From Camelus dromedarius (lineage: Eukaryota): a stretch of 64,000 bases of DNA. Made by a program: the position numbers and the translations under genes. The stretch is taken from positions 75,642,001 to 75,706,000 of the forward strand of contig NC_087436.1 of assembly GCF_036321535.1 (NCBI RefSeq). The letters are read 5' to 3'. Positions 26,136 through 38,450 of the stretch are shown here, piece after piece (the first letter of the stretch is position 1; the number at the start of each line of letters is the position of its first letter). The notes beneath the pieces were generated by a model. It saw nothing but the letters and a program-made list of their open reading frames with translations, searched no databases and was not told where the DNA came from.

Positions 26136-26563
26136 AAGCTTGTTTCTCCCTGGGAGTTAATGTGTGGAAGTTTATTCAGAAAGGCAGTGAACTGTGCTCA
26201 TAGCTCTGCCTTCAGGACACAATTACTTTGCTACTTAAAGGACCAAGTATGTCTCATATCTCTCCCTCCTCTGTGGTCTTAGATGGTGGGCAATGAGTCT
26301 TGTGAATTAACAAAGCACAAAATTCACAGAACAGGAAATCCATTTCAAGTTGTTTGGTGAAGTATCTGGGGTGTATTAAATCCTCAAGTGGTTTATACCA
26401 CAGGCTTAAGAAACTGCAAAGCAGGAAGGTTTCATGTCAGGGTTTGAGCAGAAATCATGCTGGAATATGTCAGAGGAAATAAAGCCCATCAAATTACCAG
26501 AGATTTTTAAGTGTGAGAAGTGCTTATTCAAATACTTTGGTTTTCTTGCCATTTTTATTTCAG

Positions 26564-26908
26564 GGGATTCAAGCAGCATCGTATCTGCCATTTGCTACAC
26601 AGTCCCTAAGTCAGCTATGGGAAGTAGCCTCTATGCTCTAGAATCAGGCTCTGATTTTAAATCTAGAGGGATGTCTGCTGAGAGTCGTGTGATATTCGGG
26701 CCGGGTGTCACCATGTCCACCTGCGACGTCATGCTCATTGATGACAGCGAGTACGAAGAGGAAGAAGAGTTTGAGATTGCCCTGACAGATGTTTCTGACA
26801 ACGCCCGCATCGGAAGGGTGGCATCGGCCAAGGTGCTCATTAGCGGCCCCAATGATGCCTCCACTGTGTGCCTGGGCAACACGGCTTTTACTGTCAGCGA
26901 GGATGCAG
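26564..26908 (+). CDS. FRAS1: FRAS1 exon 13 (345 nt), Calx-beta 2/3
   Basis: tttcag|GG; DSSSIVSAICYTVPKSAMG...IDDSEYEEEEEFEIAL...FTVSEDA-G; donor GCAG|gtaaag. Confidence 0.97.
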
Positions 26909-28449
26909 GTAAAGGAGAGCATCTCTGGGTGCCGTCACCCATCTCCTGATCCCTTTCTTGAACAGTGCCCTCTTAGCTTTGAGAATGCCCTTAAGAACAT
27001 GGAGAATGCCGTTCCTCAGCGACACCATCGTCGGTCTGAGGCACGTTAACGTGAGGCAGCCAGACCAAGAAGGGAAGGCAGTGAAGATTAGAGAGTTCCA
27101 CCCACTTTTCCTGCTCTGGTTACTGATAGCAGGGAGGGATCTGGCTTTGAGTTCACTAGCTGACCTCTGTGGTCCAGAGGGTGGGCGTGGTGCTAAGTAT
27201 TTCAGCCCATGAAGGAGGGGAATGTGATCTGTTGAGGATGGAGGTAAATGATTTAGTGTACTGCTAGCTGCCAACACAAATAAATCCCGTAGTTTCAGTG
27301 TCTTAACAAATGGAATTTTCTCATTCACATAACAGCCTGAGGCAGTCAGTGGGCAGATTTCTTCTACCCAGTCCTCTTCCCCCTTTTGCCTCCGTGAGGA
27401 TCTCAAAGTCTCTGACATACATCTGGAAGAGGCAGCAGCTGGGCTGAGTGTCTGCTGATCTGAGCCACCTGCTCAAGACCGTTCACCTCTTCGAAGGTGA
27501 TATTCTGAGGGATAGTAGGAACTAATATTTTTGAGCACTTGCTGAATGCCAGGCACCATGCCGTGTGCATTCCACTCATTCTCATTTATATCAAAGAGCC
27601 AGTGGAGTCCCAGAGAGATAAAATAAATCATCAAAGATCAGCTCATATGCCAGAGCTGGGATTAGAACCCAGAGCCTTCTAATATACCATGTTTCCTTTC
27701 CCATACGCCAAAGCCCGAGCTATGACTGCTTGTCATCCCCCAGCTCATTGGCTAGAAAAGTGTGATTGATGGCTTGTCATGTAGCTTTTCTCTGACCTCC
27801 ACTGTGAAAACAACTAAAAATGTACATGGATATCATTAGGACCCTACAAAGTATGTTGTCCCAGCAACCAGAAGAGGAGCTTCATTCCCAAGATAAGCAA
27901 TAAGCACATATGGTTTAAGCAATGACGTGTGCGCCACTCGGATAAAATAGGGAAATCACCCAATTTCCCAGTTAGGAACATTTAATTAGGAACATTCAGC
28001 TCCAGGCCCCATAGAGTCCCAAAGCTGGTTCTTCCTTAATTGGCTATTTTCTGGCTCATCCCTGAGGCCCTGCTCTCTGAGTTTCTTCTCCCTAAATAAG
28101 CTTGAGATGTTTTTCAGTGGACCCTCCCCTCTTAAGTTCATTGTTCTTTTCACAGTGTGGAGACAGTCTCCCTCATGAAGCCACAAAACCACTTTCCCCC
28201 AAGGGCTGTCCCTCCAGCACCCACCTCCATGAGGCCTCCTTCTGGTCTGGTTGCCCTTAGTGTCAGTACAAAGACGGGCCATAACACCGTGCAGCCTTCC
28301 TTGGCGGGAGCACGGGAGCATCACTGAAGCTGGACTGGACAATCTAGCAGGACAAAGCGTCTGCTGCTGGGAGGGAGGACTTTGTTCTGAAAACTGCACT
28401 CATTTTCTGGTTCAAGGTTGACCATTGAAATGTATGACTCTCAATTCAG

Positions 28450-28610
28450 GCACAGTGACGATTCCAGTGATCCGCCACGGGACTGACCTTTCCACCTTCA
28501 CGTCTGTCTGGTGTGCTACACGGCCCTCGGACCCCGCTTCTGCCACTCCAGGAGTTGACTACGTCCCCAGCTCTAGGAAGGTGGAGTTTGGGCCAGGTGT
28601 CACCGAGCAG
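28450..28610 (+). CDS. FRAS1: FRAS1 exon 14 (161 nt), Calx-beta 3
   Basis: attcag|GC; TVTIPVIRHGTDLSTFTSVWCATRPSDPASATPGVDYVPSSRKVEFGPGVTEQ; donor CAG|gtgcgc. Confidence 0.96.
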
Positions 28611-29000
28611 GTGCGCGTACAGACGGGTCTGTTGTGTTGTCTCTAGTCTGCTCTCCACACTCACTGGAGGACTCTTAACTCCCCTTGCAATATTACCATC
28701 TTCCCTTTCTTAAAAACACAAACAAGAGAACAAACTTGGAGAGATCTTCTATAAACTCTCCAAATGCCATTTTCAGCATCTAATATCCAGCATGACAGGA
28801 TAGAAACTGCACTTGTTTGATGCAAGTATCTAGGAAAGATACCTAAAATACGTGATGAAGAGATTATCACTTTATGGATTTAAAAAATTCACTTAAAGAC
28901 GACCAAAGAAAGGAAAGTTGTCACCTTTCTCCTAATCTCCCAAAAGCAAATGGGTGTTGGGTGGTGAGCATTCTGTAAGATTTGCTTTGATTTTTCCTCT

Positions 29001-29130
29001 TTTTTAAATTAAAAAAAAATTATGGAGTTATGATAGACATATAACATTATATTAGATTCAGGTGTGTAACAGTGATTCGGTATTTACATGTATTGTGAGA
29101 GGAACACTGCAGTAAGTCCAGTTAACATCC
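29001..29130 (-). mobile_element. Short L1 3'-end fragment next to the exon 15 acceptor
   Basis: GACATATAACATTATATTAGATTCAGGTGT...AGTAAGTCCAGTTAACATCC matches the recalled antisense L1MA/laurasiatherian L1 3' terminus. Confidence 0.75.
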
Positions 29131-29145
29131 CGATTTCTCTCCTAG

Positions 29146-29293
29146 CATTGTCCCCTGACAATCCTGGATGACACTCAGTATCCAGTCATTGAAGGGCTGG
29201 AGACGTTTGTGGTTTTCCTCAGCTCAGCACAAGGGGCCGAACTGACCAAACCCTTCCAGGCTGTCATCGCAATTAACGACACATTCCAGGACG
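29146..29293 (+). CDS. FRAS1: FRAS1 exon 15 (148 nt), Calx-beta 3
   Basis: cctag|CAT; HCPLTILDDTQYPVIEGLETFVVFLSSAQGAELTKPFQAVIAINDTFQD; donor GACG|gtaaga; not in ORF track. Confidence 0.95.
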
Positions 29294-29516
29294 GTAAGAG
29301 ATTGGGGATGCTAGCTGGTGGTTCAGACTAAATTTCTCTTTTTTCCACAACATCCGTGTATATGACGTTGGAATTCACATTTTCCTTCAAGAAATGTGTG
29401 TGTGTGTGTGTGCATATGTGTCTACGAGTACATGCATGCGCGCACTTTTACGTGGAAACGTGGGGCAGAAATAATCATTCATGTTCCTGGCACGCTGCTA
29501 GGCACAAAAAGACATG

Positions 29517-30004
29517 CAGGCATACTTTGGAGAGACTGCATGTTCAGGTCCAGGTCACCATATTAAAGTGAGTATCACATTAAGCAAGTCACACGAATTT
29601 TTTGGTTTCTCAGTATATACAAGAGTTTACACTATACTATACTGTATTACATATGCAATAGTATTATGTCAAAAATATTTATTAAATATTATTAATCAAA
29701 AAATATTTTATTACTGAAAAATGCTAATCATCATCTATACCTTCAGTAAAGCATAATATTTTTGCAGTAGTAACACCAAAGATCACTGATCACACATCAC
29801 CCTAAAAATATAATAACAATGAAAAAGTTTGAAATATTGGGAGAATTGCCAGCATGTAACACAGAGACACAAAATGAGCAAATGTTGGAAAAATGGTGCC
29901 AATAGACTTTCTCAACAGGGGCTTGCTGTAAACCTTTAATATGTTAGAAACATAGTATCTTCAAAGTGCAGTAAAGCGAAATGCAATACAGTGAGGTGTA
30001 CCTG
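29517..30004. mobile_element. Non-autonomous Tigger1 derivative (Tigger1a_Art-like) DNA transposon
   Basis: Imperfect terminal inverted repeats CAGGCATACTTTG ... GTGAGGTGTACCTG; internal AAGCAAGTCACACGAATTTTTTGGTTTC typical of Tigger1. Confidence 0.85.
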
Positions 30005-31034
30005 TTATAAGCCTTGGTTGGGCTGTGTTTTCAAGAAGCTCCAGGTCTACTTAGGGGATCAGATCCTTAAACAGAAAAAAATAGGATGTGTTATGATAAA
30101 TGACTGTGAGATAGTTCCAGTAGTGTGGGAGCAGAGGGGACTGAACAGTAACTATGTGTGGATTTCACACATGGAAGATTTCACAAAGAAGGTGATATTT
30201 AAACAGTCTTCAGGTGTGGTAGGAGTTTGTGTAAGGGATAATAAACTAAAGCTTTGCTAAATGGAGAGGTATAGTGTATGTAAGGTGCCCAATTTTGAAA
30301 GATGCTTATTTGGAGCACAGTGAGATGCTTACTTTTGCTTTGAGTCTGGCAGGAGGAGAGTGGAAGGAAATGATATGGAGAGATAGGTGGGAGTTAAGGT
30401 CTAAGAGGTGTTTTGTTCCAGCATCAGGGATTTGTAGGTAAAGGGAAGCAGCAGATGCGTCTAAGCAGAGGAGTGGTGTGATGTTTGTTTGAGGAAACTG
30501 ATACTGGCCGTCCTGAGGATGGCGTGCAGGAACGAACACACACAGGTCTGTATACAAGAATGTGAATCCCCACGGAAGAGCTGCCCTAGGTAACATGAGA
30601 ATGAACAGGAAAGAGCAGTTGCTTCTGGGAAAGAACTGGTGAAACGTGTCAGATTCGAGAGTTGGGTGGAAAAATCAAGTCAAACCTCTCACCTCAAGCA
30701 GGAGGACCCTCATCAGCATCCCCACTGACTGACATAGAGCCCAGGGTTAAACTCTTCAGTGATGAAAAGTCACCAGAGAAGGAAAGGGCAGACCGGCAGG
30801 GTGATCTTTAATGTTTTTAAATTATTTATTTATTTATATAGTAAAAAAGAAAAGCAAACAGCAAAAAAGGTATACCATGATGTTTGTCTTCCTTCTGCCG
30901 CTGTCTCAACCCTCCAGCTCACCTCCCTGGAGACAACTGTTTTAACCATTTGTTGTTGTTGTTGCTCTTGTGCACATCCTTCAAAAGAAAAACAATGTAC
31001 ATATTTGCATATATCCAAAGTCGTATCTTATTTT

Positions 31035-31960
31035 AGAGTCAGGTTTATTGAGATCTAACTTACATAGATGAAAATTCACCCGCCACCACAATCAAGATGC
31101 GAAATTCCCTCCTGTCCCTTCGTGGTCCTCCTCTCCCCATCCCAAGCCCTGGCACCCACCAATCTGTTCTCTGTCCCTAAATTTTGCCATTCCAGAATGT
31201 CATAGAAGTGGAATTGTGTAATAGGTACCATCTTGAGTCTGGCTTCTTTCACTTGGAACACTGCTTTTGAGAGTTGTCTGTGTTGTTGTAAATATGAGTG
31301 GTTCATTCCCTTTATTGCTGAGTATTTTCCTGTGTGAATATAGGTTTTCATTTCTCTGGAGTCAGTACTTACAAGCAGGGTTGCTGGGTCAGATGGGTAA
31401 GTGTTTGTTTAGCATTATTAGAAAGAGCCAGCCTGTTTTCTGAAGTGGTTGCAACTATTTCACATTACCACCAGCAGTGTGTAGCATTCCAGTTGCTCCA
31501 CATCTTCACCAGCATTTGCTGTTATCAGGTTTTTGTGGGCCCTTTTAGCTAGTTATTCAGGTAGGTATATAGTGAGTGACTAATGACATTGAGGTCTTTT
31601 CTGGTGCTTACTTGCCATTCGTATGTCCTTTTTGGTTCAAATATTTTCCCCATTTTTTAAATTGGGTTGTTTTTCTCTTCTACTCTTGCATCATTTTAGA
31701 TTCTGGACAAAGATTTGTTTTTCACAAATGTTTTATCCCAATCTGTTGCTTGTTTTTTGTTCTCTTAACAGTGTCTTTCAAAGAACAATCATTTTTTTAT
31801 TCTGAAGTAGTCCTGTTTACTGATGTTTCTATTATGGATTTTGCTTTTAGTGTTATATCGAAAAAATATTTGCCTAGCCCAAAGTTACCAAGATTTTCTC
31901 CTATGTTATTTTATGGAAGTTTTATAGTTTTAAGTTTTACATTTGAGTTTGTGATTCACA
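31035..31960 (-). mobile_element. Old L1 (L1MB/MC-like) fragment
   Basis: TTTATTGAGATCTAACTTACATAG...CTGGCTTCTTTCACTT...CCACCAGCAGTGT...AGATTTTCTCCTATG. Confidence 0.85.
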
Positions 31961-32900
31961 AAATGGTAACTTATAACCATGAACACGATTATAACAATTA
32001 TACTATATTATGTTGCGTGTTACGTCAAAGTTTAGAGTGATCTATTAAACATTATCTCCTTTGCTTATAATATTATGATTTTACTCTTGTTCTATTTTGT
32101 GGATAAATAAACTGATATTCAGCCAAGTAAACAAGTCACCCAAAGTCTAGTATATGGAGGAACCAGCATGCATTCTAGGACTTTTGGCTCCAAGTTAATA
32201 CTTTGCACTACGCGAAATGGTCCTATTTAGTGCAGTGGAAGAATACGTGGGATTTTTTTTTTTCTTTAAAGAAGTTAAAAAAGAAGAAAGAAGGAAATTC
32301 AGTTATTCTTTTTATTCTTAAAAAGGCTTCTCACTCTTTTGCATGAAAGGACAGTGAATTTCCCTCTGATGAAGTGGAAAGTGAATGCAAAGTCAGAAAT
32401 CCTAAATACAATCCCAGCCCACCACTTCCTTGCTCTCTGGCCTTCCTTGCTCATTGCCTTGAGGTTACTGAGCCTCATTTTGCTCACCTGTAAATAATGA
32501 ATATACCTACGAGATTGCTGTAAGGATTAAATTAGATAAAATATATGAAAATACCTACCCCAGTACCTGGCACATAGAAGGTTTTATTACATGATTATTT
32601 CTTTTCTTCCTGATGCATCTGTAATTTATCACACTTGCCAGTGGGACTCCAGTAACACACAATCTTCACTGCACTCTGATCAATGTAGAAGATTCCATTT
32701 AGATCATTCTTGTATTTTATTGATGGACATTAGGGTTGCAAACTTAGAAAATGAATATGTTAAATAAAATATCTTTCAGGAAGGCTACAACAATATATAT
32801 TCAGTCAAGAATTTATTCCAGAGAAAGAAATCTGCAAACCTATTTTGGTAACCCATTGCTGTGTTCACCCATTACTTCTGTTGATTATCCTTTTCCCTAG

Positions 32901-33414
32901 TGTGAACAAAATATTGCTGGCCAGATCGGTAAGCAAAGGACACTGAAGACATCACCCATCACCCACTACCAGTTCCCCCCACCAACCCAGTGAGCTGGAG
33001 GGAACTCAGGATGCAGACAAGCAGGCAGCCTGTCCTCTGCCACCACCCTCAGCGGTGCACCCTGAGGGGACTGAGCTTGGGAATGAACAGGATACTGGCT
33101 CTAGATGGCTAGGTGCACATCAAAGGAATGATTTCAGTGAGCCCAGACTCATTGAGAAGTACTTCCCATACAAAGAAAAATGCTAAGTTCCTTAATTTGA
33201 GATGTCTGGTTCTTTAATTAACAGTAATCTTTTCTGACTACCTGATCTTTGTTGCAAAAACTCCTGTATTTCCTGGCTCCTCCCCTACCTCTTCAGAGCA
33301 GTCTCGGAATTAGCTGTCTAAGAGGCCACCTCTGGGGCTCGAGTCTTCAGAAAATCTGCCAAATAAAACATAACTCTCAACTTCTAGGTTGTGCTTTTTT
33401 TTTTTCAATTGATT
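32901..33414 (+). mobile_element. ERV1-class solo LTR (artiodactyl MER41/LTR39-like), sense to FRAS1
   Basis: Starts TG; AATAAA at 33362-33367 followed by CATAACTCTCAACTTCTAGGTTGTGC; CTAG 4-bp TSD at 32897-32900 and 33415-33418. Confidence 0.8.
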
Positions 33415-36400
33415 CTAGTAATCGCTAACTTTTGTTGAGTCTCTTCAATGTGCACAGTCTAGGGTAGAAAAATCTCTAATTACATTATCTCTAATCCTCT
33501 CCAGTTTGGGAAACTGAGGTTGATCAATTTAAGATTAAGAGAGGAGGTGATGGAGCCAGAGTTAAAACCCAGGTCTGTTCTATCCAAGTCCAGTCTTCTG
33601 GATTTATACGCTACTATGTTGACTTTTTATATCACAGTTTTAGGTGGCCACCACCCTCGTGTAACAAGACTTAATGTCACTCAAGGCCCTTGTAAAGTCA
33701 GCTTCCAGCCTTCTGAAGTGATCTTAGTTCCTTTTATCTCTCTCCACTGGGCTGGTTTCAGGCCCTTAAATCATCTGAGTAGCTCATCACAGAGCCTTTT
33801 CTGTTTTCTTTCTCCTCTGCTCTGATACTTGGAATTGGACTTTGGTGTCTGAAGAATGCTGAGCAAGGCAAGAAAGGCCTTGGAGCCGCTGCCTCACTGC
33901 ACGCCTGTATATGCAGCTGTGTCTCACCTGCTCATTAATCACAGAACCAGAGGCAGGGCTCTTCCTAAATCTCCAACTTAGCCATTGCCCATAAAGAGGC
34001 CACAGCGTTCCAGGCGGTGGTGTTTACACTCACCTTGTCAGTTACATAGAAGATTAGTGGGTAACAGTGCTGGGTGACACTTCCCAGGCCTGAGACTGAT
34101 GCTCAGCACTCGGGGTTACAGAGGAGTAGAGAACAGTGTCCCGCAATGTAGTTCAGGACACAAGACTTACACAAATAAGAAGATAACTGCAAATTGATGG
34201 TCTCAGAGAGGCGTTGACAGTAGTGCGTAATACCCACTGCCAGCCCGTGAGCCTTCAGGGAGTGGTTTCTGTTTCCCATTCCATTTCTATTTTCCATCCG
34301 TGAGGAAAGAGGATTTCTGCAGTCAGGCAGGACTGACCCCCAGGGCCAACGTCCATACTTCCTGTGGAGATTGCAGTGCCGGCAGGGTTGTTGAGAGGAT
34401 GACATGAATTGTATAGAAGCCCTTAACACAATGCCTGCCCCAGGCTGGGCCCTTTCTATATATGCCGTGACCCCCACACATAAATCTATCCCAGAACCTG
34501 GCCACTGTCTTTCCATTGTCTGCCTCCCACTGGACTCCCAGTCCGTCTGCCACTGGACTGGGGGCTCCTTAAAAGCAGGGACTCTTCCCAGGAGGCAGTC
34601 ATGAGAAGTGTTCATTCACTCACTTCCCTTTCTTTTCTTTTCTTTTCTTTTTTTTTTATTTTAGCAGATAGGCATAGGAGTAAGGGTTAATATCTGTTAA
34701 ATAGAAAGAAAGGGAGAAAGGAGTCTTTTTACATACAGCTCAAGAGGAATCTGGGGTTGATTAATATATGACAAAATCCAAACATCGCCATTTAGCTTTT
34801 AACTCTCCTCCAACTTATTGCTTGTTGAACCAGTAAGAAAAATCAATCCAAAGCATTAGATAATCTGCCAGGAGCAGAAAAGCTTTCTTGCCTGTGTTGC
34901 TTTTTACTTGGCAACAAGCGTCCTCATTGTCCCCCTGGGCAATGTCATGTCATTCCCACCTGCCTTTCAGCAGCACAGACAGATGGAAGGAGCCCCAGAC
35001 AGCTGATGGGCAGGGCCTGATGCCGAAGTCACTCATCTTCTTTTAGGTGTGGTGTTCTTTGAAGAGTTATCTTCCAGGTTTTTCTTCAGTGGTACATGGG
35101 AACTGTTAGGCTTAGCTCAGATAGTGGCTTTGTGTTATGTTTGCTAATGCCAACAGCTCTGAGCAGTGGGCAGGTTGGAGGCAAAGAGAGCTTTCTCCAT
35201 ACTGATTTGCAGACAGCCTGGTGCTCACGCCTTCTCTTCCTTCCTTTCAGTGAGGTTTGATGGGGTACAGCCAGGACGCAGCCAGGAAGTAGGTGACTGT
35301 AGCTTTAGGGTCAGCTTCCTGCAGCCCCAGAGACTAATCTGGCACGTGACTGGATGGACTACCTCTTTGTGTTGTTCACTAAATAATAAGTGGCAGTCAA
35401 CAAGATGTTGTCTTGGAAGGGGCCATGGCTTAATGCCGAGCACTACGGACGGCATGGTAGGAAGCAAGGGGGAAAAGCTGATTCTTTGCATGGAGAAGCC
35501 TGGAGATAGGGGGCAATACAAACCATAATGTAATAATTCCTGCCAAAATGTGAGTGCCTGCTGTGTGCTAGATACACTATTGAGCACCATGCATACATAA
35601 TCTCGTTAAGTTCAATCCTCCCAATAATTCTAGTTCAGTATTTCCAATTTACATACCAAAAAACCTCAAGGCTCAGAAAATCTAAGTAACTTGCTATATC
35701 ATACGGCCAATAAGTGGCGAGGCTGGGATGGAAATTCAGGCCTGTTTACTCTGAAGTCCTTGTTTTTAACCGCTATTTGGCTGTTGTCCCTCCCTAAAGT
35801 CCAGTGAGGCCATGTGAGTTATTAAAGAAGAAGTAACTGTATAGCAGGAGTCATGGACTGGGACCCACTGGCCACATTTAGCATGTGGATGTGTTTTATT
35901 TGGAGTCAACAGTTTGGGTCTATAAGGAATTTCTCTTTACTATTTTAATTGCTTGCTCTTTTAAAATTTAGGAGCAAGGACATAAAAAGGCAGATCTCTG
36001 GTTTCTTTGGAAAATAAGAAGATCTGCCAACAAAAGAATGAAGATGAGGGGCAACCCTACCCCCCCCCCAAACATGACCTGCTCTTTCCTCTTTACCAAA
36101 GTCCCCACTCTTCCCTATTGTATCCCTGGTCCAGGACCAATGTGAGTGGCCATTTATCATTGGCTTGCATTGCTGTTTTCTTTTGTGTAGCCTTAGCAGA
36201 AAGGAGAATTTTTCTGGATACTCCAGTCTCTGTCAGACTTTTCCTTCCACTTGGCCCATTTCCATCCTTGCATCACCTGTCTGCATCTGAGATGGTGACT
36301 GTGCCCTGAAGCTGAGCAAAAACAGGTGCAGACTTGATTCATTCTACTTTGTTGAAACTACACTCGTAGTGGAAGCAGTTCCTGTGTCCTGAGAGCAGCA

Positions 36401-36560
36401 GTAAGGCCTTGAAATCTGCTTACCACGTGTGATTTGTCAGCCCATGGTGGCCCTTAGTGGAGCCTTCCTGCCATGTGGCTGCCCAGAGCCCAAGAGGGCT
36501 ACAGCCACCTCCCTCAGTCTCCCTCTAATGATGTCTCTGTCTTTCCTTCTGCTTATCCAG

Positions 36561-36766
36561 TGCCCAGCATGCAATTTGCCAAGGATTTGCTCCTAGTGAA
36601 GGAGAAGGAGGGTGTCCTACATGTGCCTGTTATTCGGAGTGGAGACCTGAGCTATGAGTCATCAGTGAGGTGCTATACGCAGGGCCATTCAGCTCAGGTC
36701 ATGGAGGACTTTGAGGAGAGAAGAAACACAGACTCTTCGCGGATTACGTTTCTCAAAGGGGAGAAA
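36561..36766 (+). CDS. FRAS1: FRAS1 exon 16 (206 nt), Calx-beta 4
   Basis: tatccag|TG; VPSMQFAKDLLLVKEKEGVLHVPVIRSGDLSYESSVRC...ITFLKGEK; donor AAA|gtaagt. Confidence 0.96.
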
Positions 36767-37479
36767 GTAAGTGGATTTGTGGTGGCTGAAAGATGGGATT
36801 CTCTCCTTCCTTGATGCTTTTATTTGTCCATAGTGAGGTAATTTAGACAAATTCTGACCATCCTAAGAATTTTCTAATTAATTGCTCATACTTTTAACAA
36901 TACCATCTATTCTGTGTGGCTTCCCTCTCTGTCTCCCACTTACAATCAAATACCTGTGTCATTGGTTGAGCTGAGGTATTTGGAGGCTGTAGAACATTTC
37001 TTTGGAATTTAGCAGAATCAAATGAATGGGGCCTCCTCTTAATTTAAAACTACATTGGAGGTGAACACACCCCACTAATGTTACCTAGAGGAGGAAGAGA
37101 CACTTCTCTAATGCCTGGGTCCCTGTCCCAGGTCAGCAGACATCCTGTTACAGGATGACTGGTACAGGACTAGACAGGCAGGTGTTGAGCAGGTTCAAGT
37201 CAGCAGAGTATTCTCTTGGCATTATAATGAAAACTGATGCACATGGATGCAAGAACTCCTGAGAAACTCCAGACACTAAGTATGGCTGCATCAGAATCAA
37301 GCCTGTATAAACACCTCAGTGTTTGTCAAAAGTAGGTATTAAATGGGAATCTTATTTCCCCATTTTTGGATCTCAGTTGCAGATAATTGAGTCAGTTTTC
37401 CCCCTTGGTTCAAGGCATAGTCCTCACTGGACAGGTCGTTCTCTTATTTTGCTGATTATTTGCTTTATTTTACCCCTGT

Positions 37480-38450
37480 TCTGCAGCCACGTTCCCTTCC
37501 CCACCTCAGAGTATTAATATGTATCTCTTCTTTTGTATTTGTTCTTAGAAAATGCCTAGTTTATTATGTACATAATTTTTAATTTATAAAACTGCTATTG
37601 TGTCCTATCTTTTTTTAAACATTTACAGCATTTGCTCAGCAATGTTTTAATATCTATGCATGCCATTTATGTATGTATCGAATGTGTTGCTTCAAACTCT
37701 TTCCAAGTATTTCATGATGCGCATTTACTCTTTCACCCATTCACTCTCAGCAACAGATAGTAAAGAACCTCAGTGACGGCGCCCGGTCACCTCCTAACAC
37801 ACTGTCACCACTGACGGAGCTGCCGTGTGAATCCTTACACACGTCCACTTACACACCTGAGTGGGAACTTCTTTGGATACACACTCACAGCCAACATTGC
37901 TGGGCCACAGGGAATGAATGTGCTTAATTTGAAAAAATGGTATTAGAATACTTTCCAGAAAGTCATAAACAGTACATGAGGGTTGCTAAAACCTTATACC
38001 TTCTTCAACACTTAGCATTGCTCATCTTTTGATTTTTACTAATCAGAAATGTATAAGGTTATATTTCATTTTAATTTGCATTCCTCTAATTAATACTGTT
38101 TTACATGCTTGTTAGCTCATTGAGTTTCCTCTACGGGAATGTATTATTTTTATCCTTTTATTTTACTGTATGGCTGTCTTTTTCCTACTGATTTGCAGTA
38201 CTTTCTTGTATATTCTAAATATTAATTCTAAATAGTAATATTAATCCTTTCCAGTTTTAGACATTTTAGATACTGTAAACATAGTTTCTTTTTCTGTCAC
38301 CTATTACCTTTGACTTTGGTGTTCTTCGTTGAATAGAAATCTTCGATTTTGATATAATCAAATACATGAAATTTTTGCCTTATGATTAGTTCTTTTGAAG
38401 TTTAGCATAAGAGACTTTGCCCATCCCAAGTCACCCCAGATTCTTCCTCC
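37480..38450 (-). mobile_element. Very old L1 (L1ME-like) fragment, approximate bounds
   Basis: TTGCTGGGCCACAGGG...TTTTAATTTGCATTCCTCTAATTAAT...TATATTCTAAATATTAAT motifs. Confidence 0.65.
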
